A DNA stretch of 47,362 bases from a virus (lineage: Duplodnaviria > Caudoviricetes), in the IMG/VR virus record IMGVR_UViG_3300007735_000746, positions 1 through 47,362 of that record; one strand, given 5' to 3'. A model generated the notes under the pieces. It was not told the DNA's origin, did not search any database, and saw only the letters and a list, made by a program, of their open reading frames with translations. Positions 1 through 9,429 of this stretch are shown one piece after another; the first letter of the stretch is position 1; each line of letters starts with the position of its first letter. Both the position numbers and the translations under genes were made by a program.

Positions 1-2256
1 TCGCTCTTGTGGAATATTAGTAATACCTCCAGCCATAGGTTTTGCTGCTGGTGCTTGTGGTACTACAGGTTGCATAGTAGTAACTCTTGTATTTACAGGC
101 CCCATTTGTGTAACAGGACGTTGTTGTTGTACAGGTGGTTTATTAAAATCATTTGCAGTTTTAATACCTGCTTTTTCAAATTCAGATTGTACTTGTTTAG
201 ATTCTTCAATCGCCTTTAATCCTTCTTCAGAATTAACATATCCCTCATCAATTAATCTACCTACTAAATTTCTAAATAGTACACCTGATTTAGCTGGAGA
301 TATTTTACCAATGTTTTGTTTAGTTGTTTCTTCAAATAATAATTTATTAACTTTTGGGTTTAACATAATTTTTGTAAAAGCAGCAGGAGCAATTAAAATA
401 GTTGCAAGACCTTTATCTGCTAATAAACCTGTTAAATTTCCAGCAGCACCATAACTTAAAGCATTACCAATTGCACCTGCTTGTTTTAATTGAATGAATA
501 CTCCTCCAGGTAATCCTGTCTTCTTGTCTATTGTTCCTTGTGAGTATGCTAAATTTTTTAAAAGTTTATCTAAATCTTTTCTTTCGTTAGCATCTCTAAA
601 AATTAAATTATATGTTTTTTTAGCATCAACTGTTCCTTCTAAATTTTCAGCAACTTTAGCTGCATCAATAAAATTTGTATAAAGAGGAGAACCCGCTTGA
701 GAACCTAATTTTGAACGTTCAAATATATTTGAAAGATATTGACCTTTTAATGAATCATTTAATTCAACAGCTTTTGCTTTATCTAAATATCCTCTACTAA
801 CAAGACTATCAATTTTATCTTTAGTTACTTTAATTAATTCTGGTTTAGATTTTCCTTTTACAATTGCATTAAATATTTCATCTACACCACCATCTTTATT
901 TCCTTTTTTTAAAATATCTGCAAGAATTCCATCTTCAAACAAAGGTTGTGTTTCTCTATATTCTTGTCGTATTCTTTTTACTTGTTTAACAGCGCTTTCT
1001 GGTATGTTATATTTTTTTAATAATTCTTGGTTATCTAATAAATCATCTATAGATTGTCTCATCTTGTCATATGCTTGACCCATTTTACTATTACCAGTTC
1101 TATAGGCATCTCTTGAATTTGCAATTAACTCTCCTCTTAATTGTTCTAAAGCTTTAAAATCAAAACGTTTATCTACTAATCTTTTACTAATATCTTTTTG
1201 TAAAGATAAAAGGTCTTTAGATGGTAGTTGTAAATCTTTAACATAAGTATTTAATGAATCTAAAATTGGTTTACCCTCTATTAATTTTGGAACAGCTTGT
1301 TCAGTTCTAAGACCTAGCTCACTTCTTACTAATGCATCTAGTCCATCATATTGTCCTTTAAAGTATGCTTTTCTTGCATTTTGAGCACCAGTTATACTAT
1401 CAAAAAATAAAGTGCCTAAATCTGTTTTATCTAATCCTTTAGTTAAATTTTCAATGTAATCTTTTTGTGCTGTTTGTCCAATAAAAGCTAATGCTTCTTT
1501 TCTTCCAATTAATTCTTCTGCACCAAAAAATGATTTAGATGCAATGTTTTCCATTGTATCTAAAAATCTAGATTCAGTTTTCATTCCTGGTGTTAAACCT
1601 TTTTTAGCTTCGGTTGCTAGTTCTATAACTTTATTTACATCATAAAATTTATTTGTATATTTTTCTGGATTAGCTAATACAGCATCTGCTTGAGAAGGCA
1701 TACCTTTTGAACCTTTAGTAAATAATATTTCTTCTGCTTGAACAGCATCTTCAAATGGTTTTAAAAATTCTCTAGGACCTGATTTATTAAATGTTTTTGA
1801 AATTAATTGTCCGCCTTTAATAACAACTGGAGCACCTATTGCCTCTCCAACAGCTCCTTCAACTCCACCTCTAACTATTTCTCTAACAATATCATCTTTA
1901 GGGTCAAATACTTGTGAAACTCCAGCTCCTGTAGCTCCACCTACTCCAGATCCTAATGAGCTTTGTGCAAGTCTAGTTAAAAATGGTCTAGCTAATATAC
2001 CGCCTCTAACAGCTAATGCAGGTAATGCTAAACCTCCTGTAGCAACTGTACCTAATATTGAAAGACCTACTTCAGTTGCAAACCTTGCAACTTTTGGAGC
2101 AGTAAAAAATGTATCTGCTACTTTTTCAGCTTGTGGAAGAAGTTGATTATCTCTGTTTTGTTCTACAGCTTTTGCAATCGCTTTTGATTCTATTTCGTTA
2201 GGAGTGTCTCCTTGTATTTCAACAGTGCCTAAACCTTCTACAAAAATTTGGCCCAT
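1..2256 (-). CDS. Large internal virion/ejection protein (partial, runs off window start)
   Basis: Not in ORF track. ATG at 2256 (MGQIFVEGLGTVEIQGDTPNEIE...); frame checked open at both ends (1-240 and 5' part). Gly/Ala-rich hydrophobic N-terminal segments; last gene of the ejection-protein block. Confidence 0.7.
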   Translation of the reverse strand, partial: MGQIFVEGLGTVEIQGDTPNEIESKAIAKAVEQNRDNQLLPQAEKVADTFFTAPKVARFATEVGLSILGTVATGGLALPALAVRGGILARPFLTRLAQSSLGSGVGGATGAGVSQVFDPKDDIVREIVRGGVEGAVGEAIGAPVVIKGGQLISKTFNKSGPREFLKPFEDAVQAEEILFTKGSKGMPSQADAVLANPEKYTNKFYDVNKVIELATEAKKGLTPGMKTESRFLDTMENIASKSFFGAEELIGRKEALAFIGQTAQKDYIENLTKGLDKTDLGTLFFDSITGAQNARKAYFKGQYDGLDALVRSELGLRTEQAVPKLIEGKPILDSLNTYVKDLQLPSKDLLSLQKDISKRLVDKRFDFKALEQLRGELIANSRDAYRTGNSKMGQAYDKMRQSIDDLLDNQELLKKYNIPESAVKQVKRIRQEYRETQPLFEDGILADILKKGNKDGGVDEIFNAIVKGKSKPELIKVTKDKIDSLVSRGYLDKAKAVELNDSLKGQYLSNIFERSKLGSQAGSPLYTNFIDAAKVAENLEGTVDAKKTYNLIFRDANERKDLDKLLKNLAYSQGTIDKKTGLPGGVFIQLKQAGAIGNALSYGAAGNLTGLLADKGLATILIAPAAFTKIMLNPKVNKLLFEETTKQNIGKISPAKSGVLFRNLVGRLIDEGYVNSEEGLKAIEESKQVQSEFEKAGIKTANDFNKPPVQQQRPVTQMGPVNTRVTTMQPVVPQAPAAKPMAGGITNIPQER

Positions 2257-2258
2257 GA

Positions 2259-3176
2259 TTACTCCGTTCTTACAGCTATACCGTCTATAACTTTATACTT
2301 ACCTAAAACAGGTTGTTTAGCATAATCTAAAATTGAAACACCTTTACTTTCTAATGCTTTAGCAGCTAATCCAATATTTTGTAAACCTTGAGCTTCTTTA
2401 ATTTTTATTAAATCTGAATAATAATTTTTAAGTGCTGATGTTTTTGCTTCAAATGCAGATTCTGTATCACTTGCTGATGGTAAGAATTTTTTTAAATTTT
2501 CTCTTTCTTTATCAGAAACTGTTAATCCAGAAGTTAGTTTAATATAATCTGTTTCAAATCTTGAAAGATCAGAATTAAATTGTTTTACTTGTTTTCCATA
2601 TTCTCCACCAAATATACCACTTACAAAACCACCTATTTTTTCTGGATCTAAGTTATACCAAGGACCAACGGGTTTACCTAATTTTACATAATCTGATTGT
2701 ATTTTATTTAATGTATTTATATTTGATAATAAAGATTCACTTTCTTGTATTTCTTTTTCACTAGGCTTATTTATAATATTAATTTTTCCTGATGAATCTA
2801 TTTGAGCAATAGTACCTGCAGGTAAATTTCTAATTTTAATTTCTTCAGGACTTAAAGTTCTAACTTGTTCTACTGGCTTTGGTTGACCAGCTAGTTCTAA
2901 TTTTTTAATAGCTACTGCAATAGCAGGTGTTTTGGAAATACCTTCTCCAACAGCACTAAATAAAGAAGATAATTGTGATTCACCTGGTTTTTGTTTTGCT
3001 TGTAATAAACTAGCAGCAACTGGTGCTAACATATAACCAAGTTTTTCACCCTCAGTGAATACTTCTCCACCTGTTGCAAGTTTTAATGTAGCAATACCAC
3101 CCTTATTAGTAGAACGAGGTTTTATTTCTTCTACATATTTCTGGCGAAATAATTTTCTTGATAAAACTGAATCCAT
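2259..3176 (-). CDS. Putative internal virion (ejection) protein
   Basis: Position after pilot-like gene; helical; N-terminal TNKGG and LATGG motifs. Confidence 0.6.
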   Translation of the reverse strand: MDSVLSRKLFRQKYVEEIKPRSTNKGGIATLKLATGGEVFTEGEKLGYMLAPVAASLLQAKQKPGESQLSSLFSAVGEGISKTPAIAVAIKKLELAGQPKPVEQVRTLSPEEIKIRNLPAGTIAQIDSSGKINIINKPSEKEIQESESLLSNINTLNKIQSDYVKLGKPVGPWYNLDPEKIGGFVSGIFGGEYGKQVKQFNSDLSRFETDYIKLTSGLTVSDKERENLKKFLPSASDTESAFEAKTSALKNYYSDLIKIKEAQGLQNIGLAAKALESKGVSILDYAKQPVLGKYKVIDGIAVRTE

Positions 3177-4048
3177 TATTTTTTCGCAATGTTATAAGCC
3201 GCATATGCACCTAGACCAGCGCCTGCTGCTTGAGCTAATGGATTAGCTCCAGGAGCCGTGGTTGCTGTTATAGAGCTCTGCGTAGTTGGTAAGTTAGTCA
3301 TTATATTCTTTAAGAATTCTGTTCTTTGATAAGGTTCATAAGCTTGTTGCAATTGTGTTTGTCTTGCAGCTTCTAAAGCTTGTTGACCTAATTGTTGTTG
3401 GATTCCTCCAGCTTGTAATAAACTTTGTATATCTCCTTGTTGCATAGTTTGTTGTTGTGCTCCTGCTCCAAGTAATGCTTGACCAGCACTTAAACCTGTT
3501 TGTGCTTGTAAATTTTGTTGAGCTTGTGCAGCTTGTAATGCAGACTGATAACCAGCAGCTTGTGCTTGTCCTATTTGTCCAAGTCTTGCTCTTTCTTGTT
3601 CTGCTCTTTGTACACCTTCTCTTCCTCCACCAAATGCACCAGCACTAACAGCTTGTGCAGATAATTGATTTTGAGCTTGTTGAGCTTGTCTATTAATTTC
3701 ATCTAATACATATGATTGATATGGATTATAAAATTGAGAAATATTTGGTCCACCATAAGCAGCACCTAATCCAGCTTGTAAACTTTGTATACCTTGTCCA
3801 ACAGCTTGTTGTCCAACACCTGTTTGTCCAGCCATAGTAAAGCCTTGTTGTTGTAATGCACTTGGTGCAGCAACTTGTACCGCTGGTAATGAAATAGGTT
3901 GTTGTGCTAATTGTACAGCTTGATCATATAAAGCAAGCTTACGGGCTTCAACGCCTGGTGCTTCTCTAGCTATTGTTTCCTGAGTTCCAGAAGTAGCTCC
4001 GCCGCCACCGCCACCGCCGCTTCCTCCTCCTCCAAATATACCACCCAT
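3176..4048 (-). CDS. DNA transfer/pilot-like ejection protein
   Basis: Gln/Ala/Gly-rich, NPYQ and AGAFGGGR motifs typical of podovirus DNA-transfer proteins; poly-Gly N-terminus. Confidence 0.65.
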   Translation of the reverse strand: MGGIFGGGGSGGGGGGGATSGTQETIAREAPGVEARKLALYDQAVQLAQQPISLPAVQVAAPSALQQQGFTMAGQTGVGQQAVGQGIQSLQAGLGAAYGGPNISQFYNPYQSYVLDEINRQAQQAQNQLSAQAVSAGAFGGGREGVQRAEQERARLGQIGQAQAAGYQSALQAAQAQQNLQAQTGLSAGQALLGAGAQQQTMQQGDIQSLLQAGGIQQQLGQQALEAARQTQLQQAYEPYQRTEFLKNIMTNLPTTQSSITATTAPGANPLAQAAGAGLGAYAAYNIAKK

Positions 4049-4506
4049 TAAAATAACTCCTTTTGTAATTCTACGTGTTTAACTTTCCAGCCATATTTTT
4101 TTACTACTTTACTCCAGCCTGGTCTAGCCAACATACATAATCTTTTGCAATCATTTTGTATTGCAAAATTCTCAATCATAGCAGCCATATCATCTTGCCA
4201 CAATTCTCTTTTTTCTCCAGTTAAAATAATACCTTCTAACTGTCTTAAATTAGGTTGGTCCGTGATCCGTGTAACGAGGCAACCGAATACTTTTTGTTTA
4301 ACCCCATCATCAGAACCAAATACCAAGAATAGTTGCATACTACCCTCTATTAAATAATCTTTAATATGATGAGCATTAGCAAATCCTCCTGAATACTTTA
4401 AAGCCTCGGCAATCATAAAATTTACCAATGGCCAAAATCTTTCTACATCATGATTATGGATGTGAAGGACGTCTATTCTTTTTTCAATTAGTCTTTCTGC
4501 TTGCAT
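4048..4506 (-). CDS. GNAT-like virion assembly protein (position of T7 gp13/P22 gp14)
   Basis: 152 aa alpha/beta protein with C-terminal GC..L...RPGW.K-like pattern, directly upstream of ejection genes. Confidence 0.45.
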   Translation of the reverse strand: MQAERLIEKRIDVLHIHNHDVERFWPLVNFMIAEALKYSGGFANAHHIKDYLIEGSMQLFLVFGSDDGVKQKVFGCLVTRITDQPNLRQLEGIILTGEKRELWQDDMAAMIENFAIQNDCKRLCMLARPGWSKVVKKYGWKVKHVELQKELF

Positions 4507-5491
4507 CTAATAAATCAAATATTCTTTTAAATTTAGCTTGTTGATCATAGAAGTACGAAGCACCTAATTTTCTCATTTCTCTCATATTGTTTGGTGATGC
4601 ACCTGCCATAATTCCAGCTCCTAATACTGCATCAGAACGAGATACAAATTCTCCATCAGCTAATTGTGCAAGAATAGTATCTTCATCTTTGTCACCGTTT
4701 CCTGATCCATCTTCCACGTATCCTGAAGCTCTAACATAATTGTTTTCGTCTTCTTCATCATGTGTAATTTTTGATGGCATATAATTAACTCCACCTACTG
4801 AAAACTTTGGTAAAGCATCTACGATACCACCTTTGTTAAATGTATACATTGGATTTTGATTATAATTATATAAATTTGTTGCAGACGTATATCTTGGTTG
4901 AGTAATTGTTCCTAAGCCTTTTAATTTTTCTGACTCAGTTGCATATTCTTTTTCGTAATCTTCTTTTGAATATAGTGGTTTTGTTGGTTCTGGTTCTTCA
5001 GCAAAAGCGGACATTACAACTGGTGCTGCAACTGTACCCGCAAGAAATTTTTCTCCTGGACTTAATGATTGAAAACCTGTTGCTGGTACTGCTGGTACTC
5101 CAGCTACTGCTGGTTGATATAGTCTTTCTGGTTGTAATACTTGTCCAGTTGTTTTATCAATAATAGCTTCTCTATAAGTTTGTTCTGGAATAGGTGCTGT
5201 GCCTGGTGTTCCTTTTGTTCCGATTAAAGATTTAATACCTTCTCCTGCGAATGTAGAACCTAATTGTTCCATTATACCGCCGCCTGGAAGAAAACTTCCT
5301 GTCATTCCTGGTAATGAAGTTGAACCGAATGCTTGTGGTGCAAATGAACCTAATCCTTGACCAACTCCGCCCATACCTGCTAACTGAACTCCTCCAGCTG
5401 CTAATAATGCATCTCTAAATGATCTACCTGTGGATTTACCCCTTAATTTCTGTATGCCAAATACGGCTAATGCGACTGTGAATGGATCCAT
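4484..5491 (-). CDS. Virion protein with C-terminal 'GG...D.I.A.L.DGEFV' domain
   Basis: FNKGG, FSVGG then GSGNGDKDEDTILAQLADGEFV, a motif also seen in tape-measure C-termini; hydrophobic N-terminus. Confidence 0.55.
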   Translation of the reverse strand: MDPFTVALAVFGIQKLRGKSTGRSFRDALLAAGGVQLAGMGGVGQGLGSFAPQAFGSTSLPGMTGSFLPGGGIMEQLGSTFAGEGIKSLIGTKGTPGTAPIPEQTYREAIIDKTTGQVLQPERLYQPAVAGVPAVPATGFQSLSPGEKFLAGTVAAPVVMSAFAEEPEPTKPLYSKEDYEKEYATESEKLKGLGTITQPRYTSATNLYNYNQNPMYTFNKGGIVDALPKFSVGGVNYMPSKITHDEEDENNYVRASGYVEDGSGNGDKDEDTILAQLADGEFVSRSDAVLGAGIMAGASPNNMREMRKLGASYFYDQQAKFKRIFDLLDASRKTN

Positions 5492-5516
5492 ATTTTTATT
5501 TAGTTAACTAATGGTT

Positions 5517-5545
5517 ATTATAACTAAATAATGAAATATGTACAA
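5517..5545 (-). promoter_or_regulatory. Putative sigma70-type promoter TTGTAC-17-TATAAT
   Basis: Intergenic, 17-bp spacer, upstream of ejection-gene block. Confidence 0.5.
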
Positions 5546-5553
5546 TATCCTTG

Positions 5554-6372
5554 CTATTTAGGTAAATCTTTAGGATCTATATCACTATTAATAATAGTGC
5601 TTGATACTTCAGCTTTATCCTCAGAAACTATAAATTCATCTATTAATCTACCTGTATAACCAAATTCTCCATAATGAGATATATATTCATCTACTAAAGC
5701 ATACATTTTAATACCTGCATGTTTAGCTAGTTTACAAAAATAAAAGTCTTCTCCTGTATAAGTCTTTTCATTAGGATCCCAATAAGTATCAAAGAAATTA
5801 TACATATGTTCTCTTTCTACTAATTTACCATCAATTAAAGTATGTTGTTTAATTGTAAACTCTGGATATTCTTTTATTAATTTTTCTATAGCTTCTCTTT
5901 TAATTAACATAAAACCTGCTGGGCCTCTTTCAACTTCTATAAATCCATTTTCCATTTTTATATTTTTAGAATCTACAATGGACATTGTATATTGATTACC
6001 CATAACCATTGGATCTAATTTAGAGCCACCTTCTATTTTCTTTTTAATCTTTTGAAAGTCCATAGATTTAATTGGATATGGAACCATACAAATATCTTTG
6101 TCATAAGCAACCATCTTTTCAAACATTTTAAATGAATAAGCAATATCAGAATCTACAAATAATAAATGTGTACAAGCAGATGATAAAAAAGCAGATACAC
6201 ATAATTGTCTTCCTTGTGTAACTAAACTACTTTTCATCACTTGAAACATTACAGGTATTTTTCTAACATAACATTCTTTTTGAAATTCTAATGATGCTTT
6301 AAAATAATGAATTGAAACGTCTGAATGAACTGGTGTGCCTACAAATAACTTTATATCTTTACTTGATACCAT
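5554..6372 (-). CDS. Glycosyltransferase, GT-A fold
   Basis: THLLFVDSD (DxD), GFMLIKR, GEDFYFC motifs. Confidence 0.75.
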   Translation of the reverse strand: MVSSKDIKLFVGTPVHSDVSIHYFKASLEFQKECYVRKIPVMFQVMKSSLVTQGRQLCVSAFLSSACTHLLFVDSDIAYSFKMFEKMVAYDKDICMVPYPIKSMDFQKIKKKIEGGSKLDPMVMGNQYTMSIVDSKNIKMENGFIEVERGPAGFMLIKREAIEKLIKEYPEFTIKQHTLIDGKLVEREHMYNFFDTYWDPNEKTYTGEDFYFCKLAKHAGIKMYALVDEYISHYGEFGYTGRLIDEFIVSEDKAEVSSTIINSDIDPKDLPK

Positions 6373-7276
6373 TTAAAAAATTCTCCCAATATTGTTTGAT
6401 AACGTCCCAATGATAAAATTGCTTATAATACTGCATTTGAAATTTTAACTTATCATCTTGTATATTATTAAGTATCTTAGGTAAAGTATCTATTACATAA
6501 GCAAACTGATGTGCTAACTTTTCTTTATCTTTTAAATAAGGTACATAGATTGGAAAGTCTGCGCAGGTTTCATATAAAGCACCGAGGTCCGTGGTCACTG
6601 CTACAAGTCCACAGGCTAACGCTTCAATAGCAGCGATACATGAAGTTTCTTCCCAAATATTAGGATAAACAAATACATCATAATTATGAAGTATCTTTAC
6701 TAATTCATCATGATGACAATAGCCTTTATAATTAACATTCTTTAAACTTTTAGCTTTATCATATAAAGGTTTATATTGATCATCTGCCATTTCTTTAAAT
6801 TGGTCTCCATATATTTGTGTGCTGGAATATATGTCTAATTCTATATTGTCTGATTTAACAAGTTCCATGGCTCTTAGTAATACTTCTAAACCACGCCAAG
6901 GAGTTGAGGTATATACTAATCTTATTTTATCTTTACGTTTAAAATCTTTTCTTAATATTAAATCATCCGTGAAACCATTTTTGATGACCATGGATTGTTC
7001 AGTTGGAATATCAAAAAAGTATCTATATTTCTCATAAACCCAATGAGAGTTGAATACATACCAATCATATTTGCCATGATTTAATTTGTTTTTAAACCAA
7101 GGATGTAAATTAGGTTGATCATAACTATTTTGAATCCATAATACGTTTGTTTTATCTACAACGACTGGACTTCTTTCTGGTACAGAAAGTTCTAATTTAA
7201 TTTTAGAAAGTAATTCTTTAGATACGTATTTATATAAATACGCTAATTGTATTTCACTTCCACCAAAAGGTTGCAT
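6359..7276 (-). CDS. Glycosyltransferase, GT-B/family 4-like
   Basis: N-terminal GGSE, YTSTPWRGL, ETSCIAAIEALACG (E-x7-E). Confidence 0.85.
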   Translation of the reverse strand: MQPFGGSEIQLAYLYKYVSKELLSKIKLELSVPERSPVVVDKTNVLWIQNSYDQPNLHPWFKNKLNHGKYDWYVFNSHWVYEKYRYFFDIPTEQSMVIKNGFTDDLILRKDFKRKDKIRLVYTSTPWRGLEVLLRAMELVKSDNIELDIYSSTQIYGDQFKEMADDQYKPLYDKAKSLKNVNYKGYCHHDELVKILHNYDVFVYPNIWEETSCIAAIEALACGLVAVTTDLGALYETCADFPIYVPYLKDKEKLAHQFAYVIDTLPKILNNIQDDKLKFQMQYYKQFYHWDVIKQYWENFLNGIK

Positions 7277-7497
7277 TACTTAGTTCTACCAACTACCTGT
7301 AAAGATGCAACTGTTATTTTTAAATCTCTTTGTAAATGTTCTGCTTTAGTCGGTGTATTAGGATCAGCTACATCTGCATGAAAGTCATCTATAGTTGCAT
7401 ATGTTTGTCCTGTAACTTTATTCTTAATTATTTCTTCTGCTTTTGCAGGTACGACTGGAACTTCTACTCCGTCTATAATTACTGTTTTATTTGCCAT
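7276..7497 (-). CDS. Hypothetical phage protein
   Basis: 73 aa ORF, TAATG-coupled to glycosyltransferase. Confidence 0.6.
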   Translation of the reverse strand: MANKTVIIDGVEVPVVPAKAEEIIKNKVTGQTYATIDDFHADVADPNTPTKAEHLQRDLKITVASLQVVGRTK

Positions 7498-7515
7498 AAG
7501 ATTTACTATATACTA

Positions 7516-7647
7516 TTATCGTCTACCTTGTCCACGATACTCTTTACGATCATTTCTTTTATTAGGTCTTTTTGAATGTCTACCAGGTCTTTTTTTATTG
7601 GTATGTTTAATAAAAGTACCAGATCCTGATTGTACTTTTCTAGCCAT
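7516..7647 (-). CDS. Small basic protein (43 aa, ...KEYRGQGRR)
   Basis: Not in ORF track; MARKVQSGSGTFIKHTNKKRPGRHSKRPNKRNDRKEYRGQGRR fills the gap; YRGQG ending is common in aquatic phages. Confidence 0.65.
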   Translation of the reverse strand: MARKVQSGSGTFIKHTNKKRPGRHSKRPNKRNDRKEYRGQGRR

Positions 7648-7978
7648 TCTGATCGTTTCTATTCATTTCTAATATCGCAAGTGTTCCTGATATGTTAGAT
7701 ATATTAGATGAAGATATACCAATCGTATCACTTTCTTGCAATATAATAGGTCCGTTTGCTAGATTACAAGTGGTAGGACCAGTAATAGATGCATAAGCAA
7801 CTATAAAGTTAGTACTTGTAGATGCTTGATTAATAGTAACTGTAACATTCTTAGAACCAGAAGTATTTGCTACTTGTATATTTTGAATAACGGCTCTTGA
7901 ATTAGATGGGCATGAATATACTGTAACAGTATTGGTAGTTGTCGGTGCGTAAAATTTACTTATATAATAATTAGCCAT
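7640..7978 (-). CDS. Small beta-rich structural protein
   Basis: 112 aa, Thr/Ser/Asn-rich, tail-module context. Confidence 0.55.
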   Translation of the reverse strand: MANYYISKFYAPTTTNTVTVYSCPSNSRAVIQNIQVANTSGSKNVTVTINQASTSTNFIVAYASITGPTTCNLANGPIILQESDTIGISSSNISNISGTLAILEMNRNDQNG

Positions 7979-7982
7979 AGTT

Positions 7983-9248
7983 TTATTGTGTTAAATCAAA
8001 AAATGAAATTGTACCAACACCATCTCCTTTAGTAGCACCAGAAATAGTTCTAACTCCTAAAGTATAGATATCACTAACTCCTGCAAGAGATGATCCTAAT
8101 TGTAAATCAAAATTATAACCAGTTGGTTCTACAGTACTTGTTTGTCCACCTCCTCCTGTATTTGCAATATAGCCATTTTGTACCAAAGTTCCAGCAGCAG
8201 ATATAGCTGTAGCACTTACGTCCATTTCAACGTTTGCATCACTTGATACTGCTGACCAAGATGCTCCTGTTAAAGTTGGATTTTTAATTAATGCTATTTC
8301 GTAGTTTTGTAATGTTGTTGGTTGAAATTGAATTGATTTTGGAACTACAACTGCATTTAATGCAGTAGATGCTAAACGTATAGAAACAATTGGATAAAAA
8401 TTAGCTGCTGTATCAATGTTGGCAAAAGCAGTTGTTCTTCTTGCTAAATGTTCTACAGATACTTGTTCAAATCCAGCTTCTGATACAACAGATGAACATA
8501 TTTGTTTTAAAGTAGAACTACTTGCGGTTGCTGCTGTATTAGTTATTTCATATCTTACTGGTAATGTTGCAGTTGTCATATAAACTGAATTTCCATAAAC
8601 GTTTGCATTATTATATGTATGACAAACTATATAAGTTCCATTAATAATAAATCCACATCTAACAGATCCAACACCTAACCATTCAAAATCCATCCATAAT
8701 ATTTGAGGATGTGTTAAATCTAATGTTAAACCACTTGGTCCAGTACCATCTAATTTATCTCCATTCCAAGAAGATTGTTCAACTCTTCTTGTTGTATTAT
8801 CTACAGAACCACTAATATAAGTTCTAAGTACAAAAGCTCTAGTTCCAGGAGAAGCTCCTGTTAATTCAAAATAAACTCCATTCTGAGTTCCAAAATATCC
8901 AACACGTTGTCTTAGATTTGCTTTAGGATCATTCATTTGAAATGTCATTAAAGCTAGTAATCCTTTACCAGGTTGGTAAGGCATACATCTATAAGTTTGT
9001 CTAACTACTTCAGCTCCAGATGCTGTTGTATTAATCATAGCAACAGAAGCTTCATTAGTTAAAAAACTAGTGCTTCCACCAGTTACAGTTGAAGTATTAA
9101 ACTGATTATCTATTGCATATCTATTTGAAGAATCAAATAATGTATAAGGTTCAGATACTCTTATTCTTCCAAACGCATCAGTATTAGTTCCATTTATTGC
9201 AACATAGATTGGATTGCTTGGACCTGAATTTACATTAGCACAACTCAT
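7983..9248 (-). CDS. Structural (tail-associated) beta-sandwich protein
   Basis: DAFGRIRVSEPYTLFDS, YQPGKG, WLGVGSVRCG motifs; start placed at ATG 9248 (TAATG overlap with upstream gene). Confidence 0.65.
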   Translation of the reverse strand: MSCANVNSGPSNPIYVAINGTNTDAFGRIRVSEPYTLFDSSNRYAIDNQFNTSTVTGGSTSFLTNEASVAMINTTASGAEVVRQTYRCMPYQPGKGLLALMTFQMNDPKANLRQRVGYFGTQNGVYFELTGASPGTRAFVLRTYISGSVDNTTRRVEQSSWNGDKLDGTGPSGLTLDLTHPQILWMDFEWLGVGSVRCGFIINGTYIVCHTYNNANVYGNSVYMTTATLPVRYEITNTAATASSSTLKQICSSVVSEAGFEQVSVEHLARRTTAFANIDTAANFYPIVSIRLASTALNAVVVPKSIQFQPTTLQNYEIALIKNPTLTGASWSAVSSDANVEMDVSATAISAAGTLVQNGYIANTGGGGQTSTVEPTGYNFDLQLGSSLAGVSDIYTLGVRTISGATKGDGVGTISFFDLTQ

Positions 9249-9427
9249 TAGCAACTACCCGATCTCATACTAAACCAGATATTTCTTTCAATCTCTTGTG
9301 TATTATCTGTTTGAAAAGATGTGTTTAATTGATTTTGTAAAGTTTCTAATACCTGGTTGATCTGTCTAAAGTTATCCACAGTATAAGGTTCTCTTGGTTC
9401 TGGTATGTATAAATTAATTTTTGCCAT
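9248..9427 (-). CDS. Small tail-associated protein (59 aa)
   Basis: Not in ORF track; MAKINLYIPEPREPYTVDNFRQINQVLETLQNQLN... fills the gap after the nozzle gene. Confidence 0.65.
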   Translation of the reverse strand: MAKINLYIPEPREPYTVDNFRQINQVLETLQNQLNTSFQTDNTQEIERNIWFSMRSGSC

Positions 9428-9429
9428 AA

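Noticed and set aside
7-682. Plus-strand ORFs 7-219 and 494-682
   Set aside because: Antisense shadows of the long minus-strand gene ending at 2256, which the track omitted because it has no stop in the window
9372-9380. Perfect DnaA box TTATCCACA
   Set aside because: Single copy inside a coding region; expected by chance in AT-rich DNA
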